A stretch of 64,000 nt of DNA from Octopus sinensis (GCF_006345805.1 NC_043001.1:20894001-20958000); one strand, 5' to 3'; shown: positions 11,231-26,864, counted from the stretch's first letter. Notes: generated by a model from the letters alone, not told the origin. Program-made: numbers and translations.

Positions 11231-14200
11231 ATTTAGATAGTGTTGAATGGGTCTTCTCACTGAAACTGGTCTGTTTTTATTTATGAAGATTAAACCTTAA
11301 AAGACATTTTCTTCTTCATATTTCTATAAGAAGTTAGGATAAAATTATATCTGAAAATTTCTATTCAAATTCTTACGACCATTAAACATACTTTCTATCT
11401 GGTTCCATTCTTCAGTTTGTTCACAGATGAATTCTCACAAAAACCAATCATTTCTGTATTTCATTACATAATCTCAATCCTTTCAACATATTTGTTTCTT
11501 CTATTCCTTTATCAATTATATGTTTATTTGACAGATAAAATAGGTGGTGATTATAACATCTTAACATTTGAAATAGTCCTTGTATTCCTGCTGAAAGTTA
11601 TGTCCATTTTAAAGAGATAAGTTTTTTTTTTTCTTAGTTTTTTTTTTTAAACATAATTTTCATTAAAAAGTTGCTTTTGGTTTCATGGAAAGCATTTAAA
11701 TATATGGTTGAAAAATACATTACAAATATTCTGGTATGGCATTACCATTGTCTTTCAAGTCTATTCTTAGAAGTGTTTCATATATTTACACATTTTTTTG
11801 TTCATTCCAATACACCAGATTGTATCGAACATTGACACATGTTAATACAAAAAATATTTCTAATTATAACTTGAATAAGACATCTTACATTAATACTGAA
11901 CTTTAATGTAAAGTACACACATTTATTTAGTCATTGTAGGAGCCATGCTTATAGATATAACACTGATCTGTAACATTATTCCTAATCTCTTAAATATATG
12001 CAGTTTTTGCTTGCCTACTATTTATTTTATATAGATATATGGCTAAAAGTTACCCTCATCTTACAAGGATCTGACAGTTTATTTTCATCCATAGTCTATT
12101 AAGATGCATCTAAATATGGCTGGTAATTCTGAAATCTGTGAGAATAATTAAACACCACACTAATTATTGACGAACACGGCTATGTTTTCCTTTCATTTGC
12201 ATTGATTATATATCCATGATATACAAATATTCACTCATAATAAACAAGAAATAAAATAATTTAGCTGATGATTTTAGGTGATTTTAATATTCATTAAATA
12301 TATCAAACTATGTAGAAAATTGTATTTTAATTTACACAAATTAATCATTAAATTAGTTATATATTACATCTTCAGTGTTACCATCCACCAAAAGTTTTTA
12401 TCTTTATACCTACACACACACACATATTTAGATATGAAATGATCACTTTTTGTTAGAATATTTATAGTCTGGACTCAACAGACTGTAACCGTTGAAAAAC
12501 CTGGAACTCTATAGACATTTTATTATGTATGTGATAAATGCTACATTTTGTTTTTAATTTTGCTCTTTCACTTTACACATCTAGTCATACTTTTCCCCTT
12601 ATACATCATCACCATCACCTTCTAGTTTATCTATCTCTTTGACGTTCACTACTATTGGAGCTCCTCCTAATGGCTTTTATAAATCCCGATTTCAAGGAGT
12701 TGGTGATAGCAGACATAAGATTTGAGCCTAGTTTACTTTCCTCTGGTTAAATTTTAAGGTGCTGTTGCCTGCTTTGGACTTGAAGGGTTTATTTAAAGTT
12801 TTGGCATTTTTATACACATAATATTCTATTAACTCACTAACATACAGAAAACAAAATTTCCACTTCATTGTAAATGTTTCAAACAATATTTATTATTTTA
12901 TCAGATTAGTTTTCATACAATTCAGTGTAACATCCTTTAAGTTACACAATAAGCCTCACAATCCTTAAGTTTACGAGTTCTATTCATTCATTAAAAGAGC
13001 ATTAACTGTGATATTTATTTCTAAGACTTGGTCTCATAAACAGTTGCCTTCTTAGACTAGGTATCTTACAGATCTTTTTCATTTGTTATTTTTTAACTGC
13101 TTCACTTTGGTGGGCTATTTGCATGTACTGTTAAGCGTTTTAAATCATCCAGCTTCTCTTATTTAATTTTTTCTTTTTATAGAAGGAAAAAATGTGTAAA
13201 TGACATTGAACTGCCAACATAATGAATGAATAGATGTTATTTCTAAAATTATGCCTGGGAGATGTATATCCTTTATAGCAATTATACTGCTATTAAAACA
13301 ACACTAAAAGTTTTGAGATTTAAATTTATTTGAGAATCAACAAAATTTATCCACCATTCTACTACATTGTAAATAGCCCACACTAAGACAACTTAACTTA
13401 TATACAGAAACATTTTCACATAATATCAAATTACTGCCAAATTTATTGACAAAGTCCAAGTTATCTTCTATTTTAAATCACATTTTGTAATCACTAAATT
13501 TAATATTTGTTGAATGTGAACACCAAGTACAGAAATTGACTCCTTAGACAAAAACAATAATCTTGGTTTAGTACATATATTCGATGAAGGAAAGGAAAAA
13601 ATAACTAACTTGATTCTAAAATGTTTCATTTTATATTTTGTAAAAATATTGTAATTTTTCTTTTCTTTTTTTTTTTTCTTTTTTCTTTTTTTTTTTTTAT
13701 CCTGTCTTAGTTAAATTTATGAGCTGCACTTATTTCACAAATGATTTAATCTGAGATTGTATTGAAATTAAAATAATTGCATCATGGGAGAATGATACTA
13801 ACTATTTAAAACATATACATACTTTTATATTTTTCTGTTGTAATTTTGTAATGATAGCATGTTAATAATAGATGTGTATAAATTACATATATATTATGTA
13901 CACTCACTATCATTACAAAAATAATAATGCAGATGTGAGTATATCACGTGCATGTGTGTTTTAATCGCTACTATGATTCTACATCAATACTATTGTGTTG
14001 GTTATACTTAGTTATATAGAAATATCTGAGTACTTAGTTTATTTCCTAGAGTCTGTACATTTGAAGTGGATGACCGCTCTACTAGACATAGCATTTCATT
14101 AAATGTTTGATGTTTATCAAGTATATAGGTGTCATTGAGCCACATCTGATGTGGAGTAATATGTAGTTGAACATGTGCAAAAATCGAGAACATATTTTGT

Positions 14201-17200
14201 AGCTGTGTGCCATTGATGTCAAACATAATAATACATTAGGAGAAAGACAGTGAGAGAAATAATGAAAAAGTGTGTATATATATATTATCATAAGCTAATT
14301 AGATAACTTACAATTAACAATTCTATACTGAGGAATTAAAATATTTATGAACATTTACATTACCCACTAAAAAAAAATCATTTTTTTTTCTATGTGTCAA
14401 TGTGTATATGCATTTGTACATAGGTATAACATTATATATGTGTGTATATATACACATACACACGTGTGTGTGTGTGTGTACATATATATATGTATGTATA
14501 ATGTGTTGTTGTATATTGTGTTTGTAATACTTTTATATTCATTTATAATACATTTATATGTATACACATAAACTATATGCAAACAAGTCTACATATGTAA
14601 CCTACAATTACATATACATGTATATATATTTATACATAAACATGTGTGTGTATTCATAAAATGTTTAGTTTAGTGAGTCAGATCCTTGTGTTCTCAAGCT
14701 TAACATTTTTCTTATTTCTTGTCCGATTTAAAAAATTACTTTCCTGTTTTCTTTGTCTTGAGTGAGTTTGTCCTAAAAACAGTTTCCTGTTTTATGTTAG
14801 GAGTTTAGAAAACTTTCTTTTTTTAATTTAATTCATTCTTTATAATCTTGTTCTTCACACTTGATTTCTAATGTTTTGTGCCAAAGTGTATGAACTCTTA
14901 TTACAGAAGATGGCAATAATTACAGTGCTATGACAAATATAATTACTTGCTTGTAATCAAAATATACTCATCGTTTTATAGTCACTTAATCTAGGAAGAC
15001 CATTCCTCTATATATATATACATATATATATATATAGATTTAATATATAACCTATTAAATCATTTATTAAATTGTTTTCCTTCAAATTTTAAAATTATTA
15101 AAACCATAATTAAAAGGCTTGCCATGACAATCTTTCTTGGCTGACACTGTTAGAAATTATTTATGGTTCAATAAAAAAGAATATAAATTATATCCCCCCC
15201 ACATACACACACACACACACCTTTTCATATTTTGTCAATGTTTGGTTTCTGTTGTTTAAAATTCATATATGCAAATTAACATGATGGTGCATATTATCAT
15301 AAAATTATAACAATATAATTGTGTCTTCTCTCACAAAATAAGTTTTAAATGCTTTTCAAGATTATCTCTAAAGCCTTCATTGAATTATAACAATTAAATT
15401 ATAAGTATGTTATTTGTTGATAATATATCCCTCCTTGTCATGTTGCTGTTCCCTTTTAAAGAATTTTATAAAACATCATACTGTTCCATTTATGTTTCCT
15501 TTTTAATCAGCAATGCTTTCTTTCTTGGAATTTCAAGGCCAACTATTTCAATTTTGAGAAGACAGTCTGTTGCTTTCATTTGTCTTCTAAATATATTTAC
15601 TGATGCAATAAAAATTCAGGATATTTTACATTTAGTTCATATTAATTAATCTTGTTCAACATTTTGTTAAGATCTTCACACTACAGATGTACACATATTT
15701 ACTAATCATAAAGCTGTTGCTTACTGCAAGTCTTCATAATTTTAATTTGTGCATCCAACTAACAATTAAAAATTGTGAGTTCTTTCATTTTCTTTATCTA
15801 CATAAGTAATCTTTGTTGACATTTGTATTTAGCGTATATATTCAGAGAAATACATAATGCCTACATGGTTCTCATAAAAAAATATAAACTAGATAATATA
15901 TGGATATGAGTTTGATGGAAAGTTTATTTTTTACAAAAACAAAAGTATATTGAAGATTTTTACCATTAAAAGAACTTATCTATCTACACAGTTACTTTTT
16001 AGATTTCCTTTGAGAAAACATGCCACCTTTTTTTTTTTTATTCTTACATAAGTGTTAATAACTGTGAAATAGTCAACTATATAAACTTGTTCTGTAGGAT
16101 TCTGCTCTATAATTGCATAGAGATCAATGACTAGGTATATAGAACTCGTGAAATTTGCCATAGTATTTCATAATGTAGTTCTAAGTATTGTAGGTTTCTT
16201 TCTATAAAATGTTCTCATGTTTTGTTATTATAGCTGACAAGGTTATACAATTTTCTTAAATACATTTTTTAATGAGCTATCATGATCTATGCCTATTTTA
16301 AGTATTGACATTTGATTAAGGTAGAATTTCAGTGTACATGTTTTTAGATATGATTTTTGTATTCGAATACATTTTTACAAACTAGATGATATAAATCGTT
16401 TTTAATTATTATTTCTAATTAACTAAAACACATTATTTTCTATTGCAAATTTTGGGGAAATGGCAATGTAAAACTAGTTGTTGCAGTCATTTGAGAGTGC
16501 CTATCTTGTAAATATATCTCACAGTCATTACTGAAAATTTGAAACATTTGTGTTTAAAAAGGAAAACTAGTATTTGCTTCTTTGGTAAAATCTCTTTTCT
16601 ATGTGGAAAAAATATATCACAGATTTAAACTACTGTTCTATGTGCTTCTATGTAGAACTGCATTAATTTTCATTTTATTTTATTTTTGTTTTTATTCTGG
16701 TCATTCATAAAACTATTAATATATGAAGAATAGCATGTTTACAAACTTTTAATTTCCATTTTATTATGACATATTTGTAACCACATATTTACATATATCA
16801 TTTTTTTAAACTCATTGTTATTTATTAACTTTCTGAGAAAAATATTTTTTTATTTCCTTCTGTCACTATAATTTTTTTTTTTTATTATTATTTTGAAATG
16901 TTTTCTACAAGTTCCATTAATTCCATGAAATTTTGATTCCATGTGAAAACAAAATAACTATTGAAAACTTTCATTATTTCATTAAGGAACTAATTTCCCT
17001 TCATTTCCTTATTGCTTTACCTTTTAACATTACGACTTATAAGAGGCTTCAGTATTTAATCTGCATTAAGGAGATCCTGTGGATTTATATATGTAATGAG
17101 AAAAACAATTTAGTTTTTTATTTAATTTCATTTCTGCTGTTGGCTATTTCATTACATCTTCATGCATAGCAAAAAAACAAGCAAGCAACACATATTCCTC

Positions 17201-19580
17201 TGTTAATTGTTGATGTGGAATATTTGTTGTACATCATCCTTCACAGCATTTATATAGTGATATTCTTTATCTTAGGGCATAAACATTATTATATCTAGCA
17301 TTTTTATTTCATTTCCACTGGTTTCCTTTTATTTGAGAGAAAAAAAAAATTCCAATAAAGTATGAAGCATTTTATGATTGTAATGATTATAATTTCTGTG
17401 ACAAATTTGTTGGATTTAATGATGGAGGGAAAACATCTTTTGTTGTTGTGGGAATAGCTTATGCACACAATACACTATTATTATCTGCTCAAATATATGT
17501 TATATTCGTATGCATTATGTTTTTTCAAATATTTGGTGTGAATTCTATGATAGACAGAAATGGTATTATATTACGCTTATATGCAGGTTGTTTAGAATAA
17601 GGAAATATCAAAAAACTTCCATAAATTGTTAAAAGTTTTGTGTGACTTATGAACCAAGTGAATTAAAATGTGTTGGAAATGATATTTTACTATTAGATTC
17701 TTGTATACATTTAAACATATGTACTTTGAATATTACAGTTATTTGTTGAGACTAATAATCTATAGAATCAATACATTCTTTAAGTGCATTGTTGATTGTA
17801 ATTTCTTTTTCTTTTTCTTCCAATTTGGTTGAATTCCATATATCCACAGCTGTTTTATAATTATATAATAATCAGGAAATTTACTAATGTTCTTATTGAA
17901 TACTTTTCAATTTTTAATTCAATATTTAATTATCCTTAGATCATTATGGCATTTTTATTTGGTTGTGATAACGCTAATCAGAACATTGTACCAGAAAAAT
18001 CAGATATATGTATGCATTCATACACAATCACACATCATATGACAAATGTTTTGAAACAACAAGTTGGTACAAAAATGTTATTTCACTCTTCATGTTTTGC
18101 AATGATATTTGATCAAAAATATGGTCAAATCTTCTAGAAAGGGGTTTTCTTTAAAATCTTTAATGTACGTCTTCTCAATTATAATGGATATACCCAGGTC
18201 TGCCAAATCACTCTACCATTTGAACTCTAACAAAAATATCCCATAAATATTGCTTGAATGATAAATTAATTTGAGACACTTTTTTATATTTGATCTCTAT
18301 TGTAAATATCTGTTGGTCATATTTGTCTGTTGCTAGGGAAATAATAGATATTTAGATAACTTTTAATATTCAAATATGAAGTGTTCATAAAAGTATTTCA
18401 TCTTATTTTAACAATAACTTCAAGAAGTATAAAATCTTTTCATAATCTAAAGCAAGGAATATGACTGTCATGTACGCTATTTGAGTATTGATCACATTGT
18501 TATGAAGTGATCCAAATTTAATTTGGACAAACGTTGAACTCCTTATTAGCACTAAAGAACCTGCTATAGAGTTCTTTGCTTTCACCAGTTCTTTCTACTT
18601 CAATGTCCTCAGGAATTTGGATCATCCTCACCTCATATTGTTAACCACATAATCGTTATCATAATCAAACAATACTCTTATGGTCATGTGATGTTGTCAC
18701 TAACGCTTTGGGATTGAAAGTTTCAAAAACAGCTCTTAGAGGCTATAATATGGCTTGGAATATCCCAAAAGTATTTTGTTATGTCATCCACTGTACCCTA
18801 AGGTTTTATGTATTTCTTCAGTTATTGCAAAATTGTCATCAATACTTACTTCTGTGGAATTAATTCCCGAAAACCTGGTTAATTCCATATTAAAGTAAAT
18901 TTTTATCTTTAAAAAAAAAGTCAAAAAGAATGCTATTATCTATTCGAAATATAATTATCAAAGAGTTTGTTTTAAAACAAAGAAACAAAAAATGGATCCA
19001 AACTAATGCCAGTGCAACATCTTTTTTGTTAATTTTAATGAATATAAATTATTTTCAAAATAGTTAATAGATTTCTCAGTTGTCATTTGTTTTTTGTTTG
19101 TTTTTTTTTTTTTGTTTTTTTTTTACATGCCTATTCATCAGAAAAGAGGGGCCGGCATTGTCTTATTGTTTTAAGAACGACTTTGTTGTTACTCTTTGTA
19201 ACTTTTTCAAAGGGAAGTTGATATAAATCGAAATTTTATAATTCTGGAAGGAAATCGGTTTGCTCTCTTTCACACACTCACACATACAACAAACATATGC
19301 ACATAATTGAAAATATTCTATAAAATTCAACTTTTCTCATTTAAATCTATTTTGTTGATAAAATCTCCAAGATTTTTTTTTTTTTCTACAAACACATAAC
19401 ATTATTCTTGTTATTCAAACATTTTGAACTCTACACAATTCGGTTTTCATCTGTTAGTATTTTATATTAACCGTCCCATTACAGAAATCACATAACCACA
19501 TTTTAAACCTGGACAATAGTTTTGCTGTGTTTTCGATACCCTCAGATATTTGCTTTGATGCTGTTTATAGGAGAGTTTAA

Positions 19581-19799
19581 CCCTTTAGTGTTCAAATTAT
19601 TCTATCAAACATAATGCTTATTGATTCCCATTGATTTGAATTAATCATGCATTATCTCATATCTTCAAGATCTTGATGGTGTAATTACTTAATGTGGAAT
19701 AACATTGTAGGGTAGGTGTGAGAGCCTGGATCTGGTCAGTTTGAACATAAAACAGATAAAATATTTTGGCCAGATATGGCCGGTTTAAATACTAAAGGG
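19581..19799. mobile_element. piggyBac-type MITE, TTAA TSD
   Basis: TTAA|CCCTTTAGT...ACTAAAGGG|TTAA; sister copy at 60598-60818. Confidence 0.85.
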
Positions 19800-22700
19800 T
19801 TAATGCAGATAACACTGAATCTAGAAACCCAGTTTCTTAGGTGATAATTACTATTCTCAATCATGAGAGCAAACTGACGATTATTAGAATTCAAACAAAC
19901 CATAGTTTACCTTTAAGTACTGGCAAACGGTAACACAATTCTTAAATAAATATTTCCTGAGTGTTTAGTGATTTTAATATAATGAAAGTGAAATGAAAGA
20001 AATTTCAGTATTGCCTGTATTGTTTATACCTGTGAATGTTTCTTTGCTTTCATATAAAAAAAATCATTTTAACTTTCCTTCTACATTAGCAAAATGAGAT
20101 ATGTATGGTGGAGAGAGAGAGAGATAGATGCAGGTGCCATAGACCAGATCATATTACGTTCTTTTTCTTACAAAAATGTGTTTGATACTTGTCATCCATC
20201 AACTAATAAAATTAGTTTGATATATATCTACTTACTTTTATGTCATAAACTTTTAACAAAACCATTTGATTTATTATATGAAAGGAGTGATTGAATCCAC
20301 TTTCAATAGACACATTTATTATTGACTGTTGATCAATAAGAACACAACTGTAATCCTGACATTATCAGCTAAAGTCATTGGATCAGTCTCATTTGAATAT
20401 TGGTTTCTTTTATGTATTCATTAAGTATAGAGTATTTGAAATTGCATCAGATTTTCATCATAGCTGGACTACTGAAGCTAAGGATTTTTATAGATTTAAT
20501 TTAAAGTTATGTTAATTCCGATGCAATTTTTAGGCCTTCAATAATGTTGTTTAAATGTCTAGCATATGTAATCAGGATGCTTTTCTAAAGTGAATGTTAA
20601 TGAAAAGCATGGGAATAAATCTGTGCTTGTAAGATTGTAAAGCTTTCTCGCATAATTATTGAAATAGACTGGCATTTATTAATCAGGTTGGAAAAATTGA
20701 CAGTTTGCTATCATCGTTCTTTCCATCCAGAATATTAGGTGCCACTGTTTTGCCATTTGTTTACCAGAATTCTTGTTTCTCTGTCAGCTCCATTATCTCA
20801 GAAAACGCTAAAACTAGGCAGTTTAAATCTTTTTATGAATGATTACTGAATAAAGTGGGGTGGTAGATTGCAGAATTATTTAAAGTCCACAATATTACTC
20901 TTTTTACTGTTTCATTTGCTAATCAAACTGTATGATGTATTGAAAGAAATAAAAATATTCCTTCTGATAGTGGTAGCTACAAAAGGGTTAATAGTGGGAA
21001 ATACTAACTATTATGTAAAAAAAATTATATTTTTATCAGATTCTTAAAAGAGAGTGGTAAAGGAATCACATCACAGCCCAACTTGTAAAAATATATAAGC
21101 AACCTTAAATGACTAGAAATTTGCAAGAAAATAAAAAAGATTGGTCAAAACCCATCTTTTATTTTTATCAGTTTTTTTTTTAAGTTTGCATTTTGACATT
21201 TAATTTTTTATACCCTTGTTTAATGTCCTCAAAAATAATATTCCTACACTTTGTACAACACAAAATTTCAGTCTAAAATATGCTTTCATTTTGATGCTTT
21301 TCACAGTATTTTTTGTTTGTAAACTACTTCTCACTTTAATAATTTTTATTTATTTAATGAATTTATCTTTCATTCTACTTTATATACTCTTTTAATTTTG
21401 ATATGCATTTAGCAGATTTTTATCAGGTTTCATATTTTCTTTGAGTCGGTTATATTTTTGTTAGCTTCCATGAGGAAATGCAGGGTGTCTTTTTTTTTTT
21501 TTTTTTTTCTCCCCTTTCCGCCATTTTGTCTTTGGCTCTCTTTCTCATTTAGGGAAACATGCTAGTTAAAGACAACAAAATACTTTACTGAACGACATAA
21601 TCCAATAGCTGCAGTGGAATGTTAATTTTCACTATTTCTTCAGCTAATCAATCATTAGAAATTTGCATTTTTTTTTTTTTTTTTTTTTTTTAATAGAAAA
21701 AAAAACTCCCTGGACAGTACCAAAAATATTTTATACATTCTGAAAACACTTTTCCCTTCAGTTTCATATGTGTATGAGCATTCACCATCATCCTTTTGAA
21801 GATAAAAATTGTGTTAATGCTTCATGCGTGTATGTGAGGTTGTGTGTGTATATGTGTATATATACTTATATGTATATATACACACATATATATGAATGCG
21901 CATCAGTTATATAATGATTGAAACTTAATATCATTCATATAGTTATATATCAACTTGTGTTTAAAAAATGTTCCTCAATTTGCTAACGAGTTATGCAGAA
22001 GATGAAGCAGTTCTGTTTTACACTTTAGTTTATTTCACAATAATGAGGTTTTCAACCTTTTTCTCTTTTTGTTTTTTTACCTCTTCAATATTTTCAATTG
22101 AACCATTTACAACATGCACTTGGATTGTTTTTCCATTTCCTTCCAGATATCTCTTGTTTACAGGATAAAGTATTGTTGTCTTATTGTTATGTTCACTTAA
22201 GACTAATATTTTGAAACATTAAAAAAGGTAAATATTCTGTCATTCTCTAGACTTTTTTTGTCGTGCTTTTCTTTGTCAGCAAATAACCTTGTTTCTCTCT
22301 TTCATTCTGATCAGTGACACCATGCGTGTATTTGATCTCTTACACATCACCAGTTCCAGTAAACAAACCAACGCATTTGAATGCAGTATGCTTTCTCCAT
22401 ATAGAATGGGTTTTATGTAACTACATTGCAGTGTAGTTGCAATAATAAATACAGTATTTTTATTGTGTAGCCACTGATTTGCCAGGATATCCTGGGTCCA
22501 ACTAACATTATTGTTACAGAAAAACTAGACAACACCACTACACAGTCTCTGACATGCAGTATATAAATATATGGGAGTTCAGTGTGACAGTCTAGATATG
22601 TTGTACACTCTTTCCTGTTCTATTTCTATACAGTGGCTACAGCTGATGGAGGTGAAGTTGAGGATTGATCAAACTATAATAATTATTGTTCCAGTTCATA

Positions 22701-22850
22701 TTTATAAATATTAACTTTCCTATTTAGATTTGACACTCTGCTATAGATTGTTTCTAATTACAAGTGTATGATTTTATTATTCAGCCAGAATTCTTTTGAA
22801 TATTAAGCTTCAAGTCCATTAATAATGAAGTGTATGTCCTCTTTATTCAG

Positions 22851-23037
22851 TGCTTGTGTTTCCATATCATGCAACATCACACTTCGCACACAAGCATCGT
22901 GTAACTGATCTCTCAACATTTTCCAAACAGTTTTTACCGTTTACAATGCTCTCAGAATACCTGCTGAATTTTCTCCACCGCAAAATTCAGACTGACTTTT
23001 CTGCTGGTTTGAAGATTCTAAGTGTAAATTTCGTTTG
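22851..23037 (+). CDS. Candidate internal exon, possibly tectonic-like
   Basis: Acceptor CTTTATTCAG, donor GTAAGG, open throughout (..RVTDLSTFSKQF..TDFSAGLKILSVNFVW). Resemblance to the tectonic 'Y.AGDPIL' segment is from memory only. Confidence 0.35.
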
Positions 23038-23727
23038 GTAAGGAACCGGAAATAGCAAATGCTATAATCACTAACTGTCCGTTTACAATAATTTTTATCA
23101 GGATGCAAGATAATGTTCAGTGTCAAACATAGTTATTTCCCTTGTACATAACTATAGTTTTTACCTCCCTTGTATTGATAAACCATGTAATTTCATTTTG
23201 CAAATGTTAGTCATTCACTCTTGCACTCGGGTACTAACCCGTTCGTTTGTAGTACCTGCATACCATAATTTTATTCACGAAATATTTTCAGCGTAATTCA
23301 ATCTACCTTCAAGGCAAACCTCACTCAATCATTAATAATTGTTCATAACATTTATACAGATTTAGTCTTACGCTATAGTTGTTAGTTTAAGATTCAAATG
23401 TATCGTTTTGTGTTGGCATATTTAAGATAGTAATGATTAAGGTCTTTGATGCAATGCCTGCATTTACAAAATGGGCTAACAGTTAAAAGAAATGGAAGAT
23501 GGATAAAGGAAGAGAAAAGCAACATTGCTATGTTTTTTCAACACTTAATAGCTCTTGGAATATTTTAAGGGTATAAGTATAATAATTGAATGAAATGCAT
23601 TTGTATCACTATATTGGAATTTCTATCTGTAGAAAGCTTCCATCAGTTTGTGCTGTAGGGTTGAAGAAACTAAGAATACTGAGTGAATTCATATATATAA
23701 AAGACAATTACTAATTAGAAAAAGTTT

Positions 23728-23932
23728 TCTTATTTCTTTATTGCCCACAAGGGGCTAAACCTAGAGGGGACTGACAAACGGATTAAGTCGATTATATCGA
23801 CCCCAGTGTGTAACTGGTACTTAATTTATCGACCCCGAAAGGATGAAAGGTAAGGTCGAACTCAGAATGGAGCGGCAGACGAAATACCGCTAAGCATTTC
23901 ACCCGGTGGGCTAACATTTCTGCCAGCTTGCC
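23728..23932 (-). mobile_element. Nin-domain SINE with TSD
   Basis: Flanked by CTAATTAGAAAA(A)GTTTT at about 23711 and 23932. Confidence 0.8.
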
Positions 23933-25456
23933 TAATTAGAAAAGTTTTCTCGTTGATAAAATGTTTAGTGAATTCTCATAGCATTGCATTTATTTCAGGA
24001 GATAACAATCTTTGTATTCTTCCTAAGGTGTTCAGGGGCCTGTTCAAATTTGCATTCTAGGTAAACATTTGATCTTTTCCAAATGACTACAGGTATAGAA
24101 TAAGGGAGTATCTTTATTTCAATATTGTATGCGTTTGAAGATAACTTTCCAATGGTTTTCATTATCAACTTTCTTTTTGCTGAAAGCTTTAGAATTCAGA
24201 TCAAAGATATCTTTGGGTATCAGAGAGGTCACATTGATGATAGTGCTTGTGTTTAGGAAAACGTGGAAATAAATATACCTTGGTTTTAAAGTACCTGTCT
24301 GAAAATCATTGACTAAAACAGGCTCAAAATAGCTATCAACTTGAGTCCATGGTATCAGTATTAAACCAATTTTTTTTCTTTCTTTACAATTAGCCGCAAG
24401 CCTCTCAACTACACAGATCAAGTTCAAATGAGGGAAACATTTTGAAAATTCTCATCTTGACTGTAGAGTGTGTCATAGAATAATAGATATATTGTAAATG
24501 CAACAAAGGATTTTCACATTTAAGTGATGTTTCAATAAAGATAATCTTGTGTGGATTTTCTGAGATAAGGAATTAATACACCAATGTATTGAAATTCATG
24601 TTGTCGTCTTGGTTATAGGCACACCAGCTGAAATGTGACTAATCATCATTTTCCGTCTGCTTTCCATGCTGGCATGCGTGAGACCCTTCACTGAATGGAG
24701 TTATAGTTGAAAGGAAGGTGGCTCTATGATAGGTGTTGAGAGGTTAAAGTCTAGTAGGTACATGACTGCACTGAATTAGTGTCATTCAAATATGCAGACT
24801 TTGTTCATTGCTAAACCAATTTCGTTATGTACTCCAGGCAAAAAGAAGCCATCAGAAAGGTTCAATATGGTTTCTTCATATATTGGGGATAACAACCAAA
24901 TCTCCCTTTAAGTCTCTTTTAAAACAAGGTACTGGATATATATCTTGGGGAGGAAAATAATGAGCTGGTCACATCTGGAATGCTTTCAATCATAATGAAG
25001 ATTGGGGTTTAACAACATACTGGACATTCTCTTCAATAGAACAACTATAGGAGTTTCAATCTTAACAATAAAGGGGATTTAATCATATTGCTTCAGTCTC
25101 ATCATCAATGTCCGTTTTCCATGCTGGCATGGGTTGGATGGTTTGACTAGGGCTGAGGAGCTGCACCAGATTCTAGTTAGTTGGTTTCTATGGCTGGAGC
25201 CCTTACTAATGCTAACCACTCAGTGTAATGGGTGCTTTTATGTGCCACTGCAACAGGTGTCAGTTTGCATGACACCACTATCTGCTATGACTATGATTTC
25301 ACTTGACTTAATGGGTCTTCTCAAACACATCATTTGTCATTGCTTCCATGAGGTCCAGTACTCAGAAGGTGCTTTTTATGTGCCACCGGCATCATCCACA
25401 TTGCCTCTGTGAAAGCCTATTCTTGGTAGGTACCATTTACGAGCCACCAATAACAA

Positions 25457-25827
25457 GTGGAGGCGCAATGGCCCTGTGGTTAGGGCAGTGGACTCATGGT
25501 CGGAGGATCGCAGTTTCGATTCCCAGACTGGGCGTTGTGTGTGTTTATTGAGCGAAAACACCTGAAGCTCCACGAGGCTCCGGCAGGGGGTGGCAGCGAC
25601 CCCTGTTGTACTCTTTCGCCCCAACTTTCTCTCACTCTTTCTTCCTGTTTCTTGTCCCAGACTTCCTACGCAACTGCTGAGCCTGGATGCACATTCATCC
25701 ATCCGTCAATGCTCTTGGTGTCGGGGGTTGACCTGCTATCTCTTCTGCGGGTCTTACGAATAGCAAAGGACCACATTTCAGACTTCTACCACTAGGGACG
25801 AAGACCGCTTCGCTCAACAGCAACAGC
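25457..25827 (+). mobile_element. tRNA(Arg)-derived SINE, tail type A, 15-bp TSD
   Basis: tRNA-like head GGCGCAATGGCC..TGGTTAGGGCAG..GTTTCGATTCCC; TSD AGCCACCAATAACAA at 25442 and 25828. Confidence 0.88.
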
Positions 25828-25859
25828 AGCCACCAATAACAACCACAGCTATGATTTCA

Positions 25860-26700
25860 CTTGGCTTGATAGGTCTTCTCAAGCACAGCATATCACCAAA
25901 GGTCTTGGCCACTAGTCATTACCTCCATGAGGCCCAACATTTGAAAATCATGCTTCACTACCTCGTCTCCCTCTTCTACTGGTAGAGATCAGAACCTTAC
26001 ACAACTGTCCATATCCATACGCATCACATGACCATACCAGCACAGTCATCTCTCTCGTACACCACATCTGATGTCTCTTATGCCCAACTTTTCTCTCAAG
26101 ATGCTTACACTCTGTTGTACATACACACTGACATTAAACATCCAGTTGTGCAAACCAGCTTCATTTCCTTCAAGCCTCCGCATATCCTCAGCACTCACAG
26201 CCCATGTTTCACTGCTGTGTTACATGGCTGTTTGCACACAGGCATCATACAGTCTGCCTTTCACTCTGAGGGAGAGGCTCTTTGTTACCAACAGAGGTAG
26301 GAGCTCTCTGGAATTTGCCCAACCTATTCTTATTATAACAGCCTCGCTCTTGGAACTTCCGGCCCCACTACTGACTTAATCACCTAGGTAACAGAAGGTA
26401 TTGACTACTTCTAGTTTTCCCACTGGCATTTGATGGAATCTATTTCCTGAACATTTATAGTGTTGATTGTACCTGTGCACCTACCTCACAAAAAACTATT
26501 TTTCCTGTTAACCTTCCTCTGATATTGCTGCACCACTTATGTGTCCATAGCTTACACTAGGCTCATCTTATGGAATTTCTACCTACGCCTTTCCTGCAGA
26601 TTGTGCAGGGCCATCTACCTGAGGGAATTTGTGAGTTATTTGCTTCCCTAATTGCTAGGTTAACTCTAAGGCCTTTTGATCCTAGACCTTGCTTCCATAC
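25860..26700 (-). mobile_element. Degenerate RTE LINE RT fragment including the PHD-like region
   Basis: Reverse complement aligns by eye to 38290-39170. Confidence 0.75.
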
Positions 26701-26864
26701 CTAAAACTAGCTTTAGACTGTGCTCCCATACCTGAAACTCCAGCACTTTCTTGTTTTAAAAATGATTTAAGGAAGGTTTGGTTGTTATTCTTAATATATC
26801 AAGGAACCACATTGAACCTTTCTGATGGCTTTTTTTTTTCCATTAACCAGAAAATAAGTCAAAA

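Noticed and set aside
18180-18900. Possible decayed transposase on the minus strand
   Set aside because: Protein-like patches only; no catalytic motif or TIRs identified.
22414-22446. Short hairpin as a pre-miRNA
   Set aside because: The stem of about 14 bp is too short.
24119-24427. 102-aa minus-strand ORF
   Set aside because: TTG start, an upstream stop, and no family motif or convincing splice sites; possibly a decayed element.
25457-25535. tRNA genes at SINE heads
   Set aside because: They continue into SINE bodies with TSDs and the cloverleaf is degenerate.
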